Source of the DNA: Acidobacteriota bacterium
GTDB lineage: Bacteria > Acidobacteriota > UBA6911 > RPQK01 > JAJDTT01
Direction of reading: 5' to 3'
NCBI GenBank assembly: GCA_965209055.1
Contig: OZ242374.1
Location: forward strand, 1,024,001-1,088,000
DNA: 64,000 nt
The notes beneath the pieces are model-generated. The model was not told the DNA's origin, did no database searches, and was given only the letters and a program-made list of their open reading frames with translations. This document shows positions 1 through 8,469 of this stretch, one piece after another (within the stretch, counting starts at the first letter, position 1; every line of letters starts with the position of its first letter). The translations under genes were made by a program, and so were the position numbers.

Positions 1-1
1 C

Positions 2-94
2 GCCGAGGCGGCAGTGGGGCTGGGCATCGTGATCGCCCTGTTCCGCAACCGGGAAACCGTCAACATGGATGAAATCGACCTCATGAGAGGCTGA
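2..94 (+). CDS. nuoK: NADH-quinone oxidoreductase subunit K, C-terminal part (truncated by window edge)
   Basis: Frame 2 reads [30 protein letters not shown], the typical NuoK C-terminus, directly upstream of nuoL. Confidence 0.9.
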   Translation, partial: AEAAVGLGIVIALFRNRETVNMDEIDLMRG

Positions 95-109
95 GCCGGG
101 GTCCATGGC

Positions 110-2173
110 ATGCTGAACTACATTTGGCTCATTCCCCTTTGTCCCCTGGCGGGATTCCTGATCAACGGCCTGTGGGGGCTCTGGTGCGTCCGCCGGACCG
201 GGCGCCGGCCGCAGAAGAATTTCGTGGCCGTGGTCGCCTGCGGCGCGGTGCTGCTGGCGTTCCTGATCTCGCTGGGTTCTTTCGCCGGGCTGCTGGAGCT
301 GGACCCGGAGAACCGGATCCACGAGGTGAATCTCTTCAACTGGATTCCGGGCCTGATGGTCCGGACCGTCTCCGGCGAGCTCGCCCCGTTCCAGATCAAC
401 TGGGGTTTCCAGTTGGATCCGCTCTCGGCCGTCATGATCCTGGTGGTGACGGGAATCGGATTCCTGATCCACCTCTACTCCATCGGGTACATGTACGAAG
501 AAGAGGGCTTCTATCGTTTCTTCGCCTACATGAACCTGTTCATGTTCATGATGCTCACCCTGGTCCTGGCCAACAATTTCCTCCTCATGTTCGTGGGCTG
601 GGAAGGAGTGGGCCTCTGCTCCTATCTGCTCATCGGCTACTACATGGAGAAGAGGAGCGCCGGGGACGCCGCCAAGAAGGCCTTCGTGGTCAACCGAATC
701 GGCGACTACGGCTTCATCCTGGGGATGCTTCTGCTCTTCTCCTGGTTCGGGACCCTGGACTTCACCGATCTCTTCTCCCGGATCGCCACTCTGGTTCCGG
801 AACCCGAGGCCGCATGGGGCCCGTTGAGCTGGGCGGCATTGCTCCTCTTCATCGGCGCCACCGGAAAGAGCGCCCAGATTCCCCTCTACACCTGGCTTCC
901 CGACGCCATGGAGGGTCCGACTCCCGTCAGCGCCCTGATCCACGCCGCCACCATGGTCACCGCAGGCGTCTACATGGTGGCCCGGTCGGCGGCCATCTAC
1001 AGCCGGGCGCCCGATGTCATGCTGATCGTGGCGGTGGTGGGAATCGTAACCGCCGTGTTGGCGGCCTGCATCGCCCTGTTTCAGCGGGACATCAAGCGGG
1101 TTCTGGCCTACTCCACGGTGAGCCAACTGGGCTACATGGTGACCGCCCTGGGCGTGGGCGCCGTCACCGCCGGCATCTTCCACCTGATGACCCACGCCTT
1201 CTTCAAGGCTCTCCTCTTCCTGGGTTCGGGCAGCGTCATCCTGGGCATGCACCACGAACAGGACATGATGAAGATGGGCGGCCTGAAGAAATACATGCCC
1301 ACCACCTGGTGGACCATGGGGGTGGGCACCCTGGCCATCGCCGGCACACCCTTTCTGTCCGGCTTCTTCTCCAAGGACGAGATCCTGTGGCGCGCCTACA
1401 GCCTGCCGGGAGGCAGCCCCATCATCTGGGGCGTCGGCGTCCTGGTGGCGGGCATGACCGCCTTCTACATGTTTCGCATGATGTTCCTGACCTTTTACGG
1501 GGAGGAACGCTATGACCACCATTCGGGCCATGCGCCGCACGAATCGCCCCGGGTGATGACCGTCCCCCTCATGGTGCTGGCCGCCGGGTCGGTCGTGGCG
1601 GGCTACGTGGGGCTTCCGCCCTGGCTGGGCCCCAACGTATTCGAGCACTTCCTGGAGCCGGTCCTGGCCACGGCCTGGCAACCCGAGGCGGGGGCCCACC
1701 ATTCCCACCTGGAGGAGATTCTCCTGGCGGCGGTCTCGGTGGCGGTGGCCGGATGCGGAGTGTTCCTGGCCTATCACTTCTTCCTCGCCCGGCCCGAGAA
1801 GGCGGGGCAGTTGCGGGAGCGGTTCCAAGGCCTCTACCGGGTCGTCTACAACAAGTTCTACGTGGATGAGGCCTACGACGGCCTCTTCGTCAATCGCTGC
1901 AAGGACCTGGGAACCTGGCTCAGCACCTTCGATCTCAAGGTGGTGGACGGCCTGGTGAACGGAAGCGCCGCCGCCACCCGCATCTCCGCCTGGATCTCGG
2001 GTCAGGCGGACATCCACATCGTGGACCGGCTGGTGAATCTGACGGCGGAGATCGTGGAGTTCTTCAGCTCAGTCTTCCGGCGGCTGCAGACCGGCCTGGT
2101 TCAACGCTACATTGCCTTTTTCGTCTTGGGGCTGGTGCTCATCATCGGCTGTTATCTCTACCTCGGAGCATAG
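110..2173 (+). CDS. nuoL: NADH-quinone oxidoreductase subunit L
   Basis: 687 aa polytopic membrane protein with GKSAQIPLYTWLPDAMEGPTPVSALIHAATMVTAG and FHLMTHAFFKALLFL. Confidence 0.97.
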   Translation: MLNYIWLIPLCPLAGFLINGLWGLWCVRRTGRRPQKNFVAVVACGAVLLAFLISLGSFAGLLELDPENRIHEVNLFNWIPGLMVRTVSGELAPFQINWGFQLDPLSAVMILVVTGIGFLIHLYSIGYMYEEEGFYRFFAYMNLFMFMMLTLVLANNFLLMFVGWEGVGLCSYLLIGYYMEKRSAGDAAKKAFVVNRIGDYGFILGMLLLFSWFGTLDFTDLFSRIATLVPEPEAAWGPLSWAALLLFIGATGKSAQIPLYTWLPDAMEGPTPVSALIHAATMVTAGVYMVARSAAIYSRAPDVMLIVAVVGIVTAVLAACIALFQRDIKRVLAYSTVSQLGYMVTALGVGAVTAGIFHLMTHAFFKALLFLGSGSVILGMHHEQDMMKMGGLKKYMPTTWWTMGVGTLAIAGTPFLSGFFSKDEILWRAYSLPGGSPIIWGVGVLVAGMTAFYMFRMMFLTFYGEERYDHHSGHAPHESPRVMTVPLMVLAAGSVVAGYVGLPPWLGPNVFEHFLEPVLATAWQPEAGAHHSHLEEILLAAVSVAVAGCGVFLAYHFFLARPEKAGQLRERFQGLYRVVYNKFYVDEAYDGLFVNRCKDLGTWLSTFDLKVVDGLVNGSAAATRISAWISGQADIHIVDRLVNLTAEIVEFFSSVFRRLQTGLVQRYIAFFVLGLVLIIGCYLYLGA

Positions 2174-2177
2174 TCCT

Positions 2178-3737
2178 ATGGGCTTTTTCATGACCAACAT
2201 CCTGACCATCGTCTGCTTCTTCCCACTCTTGGGCGTGCTGATCATTATGCTCTGGCCCAAGGGGAAGGAGCATGAAACCGAGGTCAAGTGGATCGCCAAC
2301 ATCGTCGCCTTTGCAGGGTTCCTGGTCTCCATCCCCCTGATCACCCATTTCAACCGGCCGGAGTACATCGACGCGAGCGGGATGCGATACGTCTTCAAGG
2401 CCCCGTGGATCGAGTCGCTCGGCGTCCAGTACTACTTCGGAATCGACGGCATCAGCCTGCTGCTGATCCTGCTGACCACCCTGCTCGGATCCATCTCCAT
2501 TCTCTCGTCGTGGAATGCCATCACCACCCGGGTCCGGGAGTACTACTGCTACTTCCTGATCCTGCAGACGGGGATGCTGGGCGTTTTCATGGCCCTGGAC
2601 TTCTTCCTCTTCTACGTCTTCTGGGAAGTCATGCTGGTGCCCATGTACTTCATCATCGGGATCTGGGGCGGCCCCAGGAAGCTATACGCCGCCATCAAGT
2701 TCTTCCTCTACACGCTGCTGGGATCGGTCCTGCTCCTGCTGGGAATCCTGGCCCTCTACTTTCACCAGTACGCCGTCAAGGGCGTCTGGTCCTTCGACGT
2801 CCTGGCCTTTCAGGAACTGGGCATCCCGCCCGATCTCCAGTACTGGATCTTCCTGGCCATGTTCGTCGGGTTCGCCATCAAGGTTCCGCTGTTTCCCTTC
2901 CACACCTGGCTCCCGGACGCCCACGTCGAGGCTCCGACGGCCGGCTCGGTCATCCTGGCCGGGGTGCTCCTCAAGATGGGCACCTATGGTTTCGTCCGCT
3001 TCAGCCTGCCCATCCTGCCTGACGCCACCATGGAGTTCCTCCCCTGGATGATGGCCATTTCCGTGATCGGGATCATCTACGGGGCGCTGGTGGCCATGAT
3101 GCAGAAGGACATCAAGAAACTGGTGGCCTACTCCTCCGTCAGCCACCTGGGATTCTGCATGCTGGGGGTCTTCATCGTGACGCCGGTGGCGCTGGAGGGA
3201 GGCATCCTCCAGATGATCAACCATGGGATCTCCACCGGGGCCCTCTTCCTGATCGTGGGCATCATCTACGAGCGCCGGCACACCCGCATGATCAGCGACT
3301 ACAGCGGCCTGTCCCACGTCATGCCGGTGTACGCCGTCGTCTTTCTGATCATGACCCTCTCCTCCATCGGCATGCCCACGCTCAACGGATTCATCGGAGA
3401 GTTCATGGTGCTGCAGGGGGTCTTCGCCGACCCCGACTACAAGCTCTGGGCCGTATTCGGAGCCGCCGGCATCGTGCTGGGGGCGGCCTACATGCTCTGG
3501 CTCTACCAGCGGGTGATGTTCGGACCCATCAAGCAGGAAGAGAACCGCAAGCTTCCCGACCTGACCCCCCGGGAGCTGGCGACCTTCGTCCCTCTCATCA
3601 TTCTGGCCTTCTGGATCGGCCTCTATCCGAGCCCGTTCCTGTCCTACCTGCACGAGCCCGTCAATCAGATCGTGGAGAAGGTGAGGCCCGGGGAATTCCA
3701 GCCCCGCTCCATGCAGGCCCGGATCGAGGACCGATAG
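2178..3737 (+). CDS. nuoM: NADH-quinone oxidoreductase subunit M
   Basis: FYVFWEVMLVPMY, KVPLFPFHTWLPDAHVEAPT motifs; start at ATG 2178 (or 2190) rather than the ORF-track 2112. Confidence 0.96.
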   Translation: MGFFMTNILTIVCFFPLLGVLIIMLWPKGKEHETEVKWIANIVAFAGFLVSIPLITHFNRPEYIDASGMRYVFKAPWIESLGVQYYFGIDGISLLLILLTTLLGSISILSSWNAITTRVREYYCYFLILQTGMLGVFMALDFFLFYVFWEVMLVPMYFIIGIWGGPRKLYAAIKFFLYTLLGSVLLLLGILALYFHQYAVKGVWSFDVLAFQELGIPPDLQYWIFLAMFVGFAIKVPLFPFHTWLPDAHVEAPTAGSVILAGVLLKMGTYGFVRFSLPILPDATMEFLPWMMAISVIGIIYGALVAMMQKDIKKLVAYSSVSHLGFCMLGVFIVTPVALEGGILQMINHGISTGALFLIVGIIYERRHTRMISDYSGLSHVMPVYAVVFLIMTLSSIGMPTLNGFIGEFMVLQGVFADPDYKLWAVFGAAGIVLGAAYMLWLYQRVMFGPIKQEENRKLPDLTPRELATFVPLIILAFWIGLYPSPFLSYLHEPVNQIVEKVRPGEFQPRSMQARIEDR

Positions 3738-5267
3738 ATGCCCGAAATACCGGCGGCCGGGGAACTATTCGGTTTCCTCAAACTGAACGCCCGGGCCATC
3801 GCGCCTCAATTGCATCTCATCGTCTGGGGGCTGGGACTCCTCTGCATCGACTTCATCCTGCCCGGTCGGGGAACCCGGATCCTGGGATTCCGCGGAAAGT
3901 CCCTGTCGGCGTTGTTCGCCCTGGTCGGGCTGCTGGCGGCCTCGCTTCAGCTCTGGCGCCTGTGGGGCACCGGGAACGGCGACGCCTTCTACAAGATGGT
4001 GACTCAGGATGCCTTCTCCGAGGTCTTCGGAATCCTCTTCCTGGTTTCGGCCATTCTGGCAGTCGCCCTTTCGTACCGGCATCTCGACGTCGAGGACGCC
4101 CAACACAGCGAGTACTACGCCATCCTCCTCTTCGCCACGTCCGGCATGATGTTCATGGCCGGGGCCATCGATCTGGTCACCATCTTCGTGGGTCTGGAGC
4201 TGATGTCCGTTTCGACCTACATCCTGGTCGGCTTTCTGCGCCGTCAGCGCCGTTCCAACGAGGCCTCCATGAAGTATTTCCTCATGGGAGCCTTCTCCAC
4301 CGCCATCATCCTTTACGGGATGTCCCTGCTCTATGGGATCAGCGGCAGCACCAACCTGAACGTCATCGCCCAGGAGGCGGCCAAGCGTGAGGACAACACC
4401 CTGTTGATCCTGGCCCTTTTCCTGATGCTGGCCGGCCTCTGCTTCAAGATCGCGGCCGTCCCCTTCCACATGTGGGCGCCCGATGCCTACGAGGGTGCGC
4501 CCACCGGCATCACCGCCTTCATGTCGGTGGCGGTCAAAGGCGCCGCTTTCGCCGTATTCCTGCGCATCTTCTACGTGACCTTCCATGACTTTCACGACCT
4601 GTACATGGGGGTCCTGGCCGTCATTGCCATGGCGACCATGACCTGGGGCAACGTGGCGGCGGTCACGCAACAGAACGTCAAGCGGCTGCTGGCCTATTCC
4701 AGCATCTCCCACGCCGGGTTCGTTCTGATGGGACTCGTGGTGGGCACCCAGCAGGGGGTTTCGGCGTCGGTGGTCTACCTGTTCGCCTATACCTTCATGA
4801 ACCTCGGCGTCTGGGCCATCGTCATTCTGCTGCGGCGGCGGGACGTGATCGGGGAGTCGATCGAGGATTTCAACGGCCTCTACTTCAAGCATCCCGGTCT
4901 GGCGATACTGAATCTCATTTTCTTCCTCTCGCTGGCCGGCATCCCCCCTCTGGCCGGATTCATCGCCAAGTACGCCGTGTTCGCGGCGGTGATCGAATCG
5001 GCCATGGCGGCCGGGCAGGCTCACGGACAACTGCTGATGTGGCTGGCCGTGGTGGCCGCACTCAATGCCGTCGTCTCCCTCTTCTACTACTTGCGGATCG
5101 TGGTGGCCATGTTCATCGAGAGGGAGTCGCTCCCGGTCCCGTTGAGCTTCTCCGTGGGAGTCTGGTTCGTCCTCCTGGTCACGGGGTTCTTTACCATTGC
5201 CATGGGGATCTACCCGGATCCTTTCTTCAACCTGGCCCGAATCGCCAGTCTCCCACTGGTTTTCTGA
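3738..5267 (+). CDS. nuoN: NADH-quinone oxidoreductase subunit N
   Basis: EASMKYF, FKIAAVPFHMWAPDAYEGAP, KRLLAYSSISHAG motifs; follows nuoM. Confidence 0.96.
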   Translation: MPEIPAAGELFGFLKLNARAIAPQLHLIVWGLGLLCIDFILPGRGTRILGFRGKSLSALFALVGLLAASLQLWRLWGTGNGDAFYKMVTQDAFSEVFGILFLVSAILAVALSYRHLDVEDAQHSEYYAILLFATSGMMFMAGAIDLVTIFVGLELMSVSTYILVGFLRRQRRSNEASMKYFLMGAFSTAIILYGMSLLYGISGSTNLNVIAQEAAKREDNTLLILALFLMLAGLCFKIAAVPFHMWAPDAYEGAPTGITAFMSVAVKGAAFAVFLRIFYVTFHDFHDLYMGVLAVIAMATMTWGNVAAVTQQNVKRLLAYSSISHAGFVLMGLVVGTQQGVSASVVYLFAYTFMNLGVWAIVILLRRRDVIGESIEDFNGLYFKHPGLAILNLIFFLSLAGIPPLAGFIAKYAVFAAVIESAMAAGQAHGQLLMWLAVVAALNAVVSLFYYLRIVVAMFIERESLPVPLSFSVGVWFVLLVTGFFTIAMGIYPDPFFNLARIASLPLVF

Positions 5268-5306
5268 AGATTCCGGACGGCTCCCTTCAACGGCAACGGG
5301 GACGGC

Positions 5307-5567
5307 ATGGTTCGTCCCGCATCCTGGACACGGATCGTGACGCAAAAAGGGTTGCGAAACGGCAAGCGGGAAAAGGGTGGCGTCTATGCCCAGGTGGCTC
5401 GATACAGCTCCATAATTTTTCTGCTCCCCTCGTGTCTTCTGGTCGGCTACCTGATTGGCCGCTTTCTGGACCGGCGCCTGGAGTCCGATCCCTGGATCTC
5501 CCTGGCGGGATTGCTGCTGGGAGGAGTCGCCGGCCTGGTCCGGGTCGTTCGGATGTTCAGCAGGTAA
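5307..5567 (+). CDS. AtpZ/AtpI-family (ATPase gene 1) small membrane protein
   Basis: Two TM segments around GYLIGRFLDRRLESDPW; position upstream of atpI/atpB. Confidence 0.75.
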   Translation: MVRPASWTRIVTQKGLRNGKREKGGVYAQVARYSSIIFLLPSCLLVGYLIGRFLDRRLESDPWISLAGLLLGGVAGLVRVVRMFSR

Positions 5568-5570
5568 GTC

Positions 5571-5909
5571 TTGGAACGGATCTCACGCAACGCCGCCATC
5601 CTCCTGGCCGCCATTTCCCTCATCGGGGGATTGGTTTACGGATTCTGGGCGGCCGTATCCATCCTGGCCGGAGCCGTGGCCGCCCTCATCAACCTCAAGG
5701 TCCTGGACCGGCTGGCAACCCGGCTGCTGGCGCCGGACGGGAAGCCTTCGGCCCTGCGATTTCTGGCCCTGAACGGGGGTCGCATGGTCTTGATGCTGGG
5801 AGGTCTCTTTGCTATGATGCATATTCCCTTTTTGAGTGTGCCGGGGGCGGTCCTGGGGCTTTCCATACCCATCCTTTCAGCAATGTTGGAGGCGTTGTAC
5901 AAATCCTGA
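5571..5909 (+). CDS. atpI: ATP synthase protein I
   Basis: 112 aa, about four hydrophobic segments, immediately upstream of atpB. Confidence 0.7.
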   Translation: MERISRNAAILLAAISLIGGLVYGFWAAVSILAGAVAALINLKVLDRLATRLLAPDGKPSALRFLALNGGRMVLMLGGLFAMMHIPFLSVPGAVLGLSIPILSAMLEALYKS

Positions 5910-5978
5910 CCCGCACAGTTCATGCCTGATCCGGCGTGACACCCTCGGGACGGACGAACTTCTGAAACAGGACCGCAA

Positions 5979-6716
5979 ATGGATCAGCACCACGAGTTCC
6001 TGTCGGCGACTCTCTTCAACCGCTACATCGCGAACCCTCTGGCCGAGGCCCTGGGATTCCACGTGGACCACGACGTCCTTCCGGCCCATCTGGTCATGGT
6101 GATCTTCGTCTGCCTCATCCTCACCACGGTCGCGCTTCTGGTGAGGAGGCGCCTGAGCGTGGAGAATCCGGGCGCGGTCCAACAGATGCTGGAGGTTCTG
6201 GTCGAAGGCCTGCTGGGATTGATGAAGGAGATCATCGGACCCGACGCACGCCGCTTCTTCCCCCTGATCGGGACGCTGTTCCTCTACATCCTGGCGGGCA
6301 ACCTGCTGGGGCTCTTTCCCGGGTTCATGCCGCCCACCAGCAACATCAACATTACGGCGGCGTGCGGGATCCTCGTCTTCCTCTATTACAACTACCATGG
6401 GTTCCGGGTTCACGGCTTCGTCAAGTACATGGCCCACTTCGCGGGTCCGTCACTGGCCATCGCCCCGGTCCTTTTCGTGATCGAGATCATCAGCCACATG
6501 GCGCGGCCCTTCTCCCTCTCCGTCCGGCTCATGGGCAACATCTACGCCGAGGAGCTGATCGTCACCAACTTGAATCAACTGTTCCCCTTTGTGATCTCGA
6601 TGCCGGTGATGGCCCTGGGCCTCTTTGCCGGCACGCTACAGGCCTTCATTTTCTCCGTCTTGACCATCGTCTACATCGCTGGTTCCGTGGAGCACGCACA
6701 CGACGAAGAACACTGA
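5979..6716 (+). CDS. atpB: ATP synthase Fo subunit a
   Basis: RPFSLSVRLMGN and LQAFIF motifs. Confidence 0.96.
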   Translation: MDQHHEFLSATLFNRYIANPLAEALGFHVDHDVLPAHLVMVIFVCLILTTVALLVRRRLSVENPGAVQQMLEVLVEGLLGLMKEIIGPDARRFFPLIGTLFLYILAGNLLGLFPGFMPPTSNINITAACGILVFLYYNYHGFRVHGFVKYMAHFAGPSLAIAPVLFVIEIISHMARPFSLSVRLMGNIYAEELIVTNLNQLFPFVISMPVMALGLFAGTLQAFIFSVLTIVYIAGSVEHAHDEEH

Positions 6717-6770
6717 TTCGGGCGCTCCATGCGACGGGCTCACACCTCAAACCTTGGAAGGAGTCATCTA

Positions 6771-7085
6771 ATGAACCGAAAGTTCGGCCTTCTGGCCATT
6801 GCTCTGGTCGTTGCCATCCTGCTGCCGGTGGCCTCCGTGCAGGCACAGTCGGAGGAAGGCGGCGCCTCCACAAGTCTGGAAATTCATTGGCTCGCCGTCG
6901 CCATGGCCATCGCCGCGGCCGGCTGCGGCTACGGTCAGAGCCGGGTCCTGACCGCCGCCTGCGAAGGCGTCTCCAGAAACCCCGGAGCCTCCGACACGAT
7001 CCGCTTCTTCTTCATCCTGGGACTCGCCTTCATCGAGTTCCTGGCTCTTCTGACCTTCGTCGTCGTTCTCCTGGTGAGTGGGTAA
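6771..7085 (+). CDS. atpE: ATP synthase Fo subunit c with N-terminal signal-like extension
   Basis: AAAGCGYGQ...RNP...FIEFLAL hairpin; AGGAG upstream of ATG 6771. Confidence 0.92.
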   Translation: MNRKFGLLAIALVVAILLPVASVQAQSEEGGASTSLEIHWLAVAMAIAAAGCGYGQSRVLTAACEGVSRNPGASDTIRFFFILGLAFIEFLALLTFVVVLLVSG

Positions 7086-7119
7086 CCACCCTTCGAGACC
7101 GCACGACGGCTCAAGAAAA

Positions 7120-7161
7120 GAGATACGACCCCCGACGCATTTTTCCAGGGGGTCGTGTCTC
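7120..7161. terminator. Hairpin between convergent atpE and brnA, probable terminator
   Basis: GAGATACGACCCCC (7120-7133) pairs with GGGGGTCGTGTCTC (7148-7161), one G-U pair. Confidence 0.55.
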
Positions 7162-7295
7162 CGGCCGTCGGCGCCGAAAACTTCCTCCGCCGGGATACAC
7201 CGGCCGCGCACCGGACATGAAATCCCGTCATGCTCCAGATGGTGAGCAAACCGTCCAACCTCGGGCAAACCCGCCGCGTGATGGCGTCGCTTTTC

Positions 7296-7550
7296 TCAGC
7301 CTGAAGACCGATCGCTTTCCATGAGCGCCCTAAGCATGGCGTTCATGCGAGTCTGGTAACCCTTGCCCCTCGATTTGAGCCAGTCGATTACATCGGCATC
7401 CAAGCGGACATAGATCCCTTTCTTCGACCGCGGCATCTGCAGTTCGGCCCTCTTCCAGAAGCTCTCATCGGCTTCCGGGATGTCCGAGTAATCGATGTCC
7501 GCATCCGCTATGGATTCAATTTTCCGGATCCGCTTTGGTGAGATACTCAT
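7296..7550 (-). CDS. BrnA-family antitoxin
   Basis: DIDYSDIPE...RLDADVIDWLKSRGKGYQTRMNAMLR signature; overlaps the toxin gene. Confidence 0.9.
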   Translation of the reverse strand: MSISPKRIRKIESIADADIDYSDIPEADESFWKRAELQMPRSKKGIYVRLDADVIDWLKSRGKGYQTRMNAMLRALMESDRSSG

Positions 7551-7815
7551 AGTAAGCGCGTCTTTCCTTGCGGTTGGCCTTACGGGCGGAAATCAGCCGG
7601 ATTCTCTCACGCCGAATCGTGTGAACCACCACGATGACGACCGACCTTCCGATCCGCCCATAGCTGATGAATCGTTTCTCGCCGTAGTCACGGCGATCGT
7701 CCTGGGCAGTGACCACGGGGTGGATGAAAATGACCTTGGCTTCCTCAAAACCGATGCCATGTTTTGTCCGGTTGACTTCATCCTTCCCATCATCCCATTC
7801 AAATTGCAACGGCAT
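7516..7815 (-). CDS. BrnT-family ribonuclease toxin
   Basis: FEWDDGK...NRTKHGIGFEEA...DYGEKRF...IRLISARKAN signature. Confidence 0.9.
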   Translation of the reverse strand: MPLQFEWDDGKDEVNRTKHGIGFEEAKVIFIHPVVTAQDDRRDYGEKRFISYGRIGRSVVIVVVHTIRRERIRLISARKANRKERRAYYEYLTKADPEN

Positions 7816-7850
7816 CGTTTCGCTGTCGGCATGTGGCGTCCCTTTCTGAC

Positions 7851-7875
7851 TTGTATATATACAATCTGTATATAC
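7851..7875. promoter_or_regulatory. Probable operator/promoter of the brnTA operon
   Basis: Perfect 14-bp palindrome TTGTATATATACAA (7851-7864) and a second GTATATAC (7868-7875) in an AT-rich patch ~35 bp upstream of brnT. Confidence 0.55.
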
Positions 7876-7998
7876 GTCAATTTACAAGCGGCATTTTCCG
7901 GCTCTCCATCCTCTCCTCCGGATACATCCCTCTCACTCTCCTCTTCGTTTCCTTTCCACTCTCTTCATCGCTTCTCTCGATACCGAGAAGTTGTTACA

Positions 7999-8463
7999 AT
8001 GGCCGGCACCATGTCCGTGTCCAGATTGCCTGCGCCCAAATTCATCGTGGCGGGCCTCTTGATCGTGGGCGCCGTGAGCTACCTGATGGTCAGCGGCTTC
8101 GACGACACCATGGTCTACTACTACACCCTGTCGGAGTTGATGGAAAAGAAGTCGGACCTCGCCGGCGTGGGGTTGCGCATCCATGGACATGTCTCATCCG
8201 ACTCCATCCGGATCGATCGGGAGCGGTCGCAAGTCGACTTCCTGGTGATGGAAAAGGAGACCACCAACACTCTTCCCGTCACCTATCAGGGGGTTATCCC
8301 CGACACCTTCAAGGATGGGGCCGAGGTCGTGGTGGAAGGCACCTACCATGCCGGCCGGCACCATTTCCAAGCCACGTTCCTGATGGCCAAATGCCCCTCC
8401 AAATATGAGGGGGCTCAAACCGCTTCCTCCGGCAAGGCCCAGACCTCCGACAGTCCGTATTGA
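7999..8463 (+). CDS. ccmE: Cytochrome c maturation heme chaperone CcmE (CxxxY variant)
   Basis: N-terminal TM anchor, VYYYT, YQGVIPDTFKDGAEVVVEG, AKCPSKY; start 7999 or 8011. Confidence 0.92.
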   Translation: MAGTMSVSRLPAPKFIVAGLLIVGAVSYLMVSGFDDTMVYYYTLSELMEKKSDLAGVGLRIHGHVSSDSIRIDRERSQVDFLVMEKETTNTLPVTYQGVIPDTFKDGAEVVVEGTYHAGRHHFQATFLMAKCPSKYEGAQTASSGKAQTSDSPY

Positions 8464-8469
8464 CGGAAC

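Noticed and set aside
5307-7085. Incomplete ATP synthase operon (no b, delta or F1 genes)
   Set aside because: Separation of atpIBE from atpFHAGDC is a known arrangement in several phyla, so not novel
7495-8463. 322-aa extended CcmE
   Set aside because: The upstream part is antisense to brnT and crosses the promoter region; real start is 7999 or 8011
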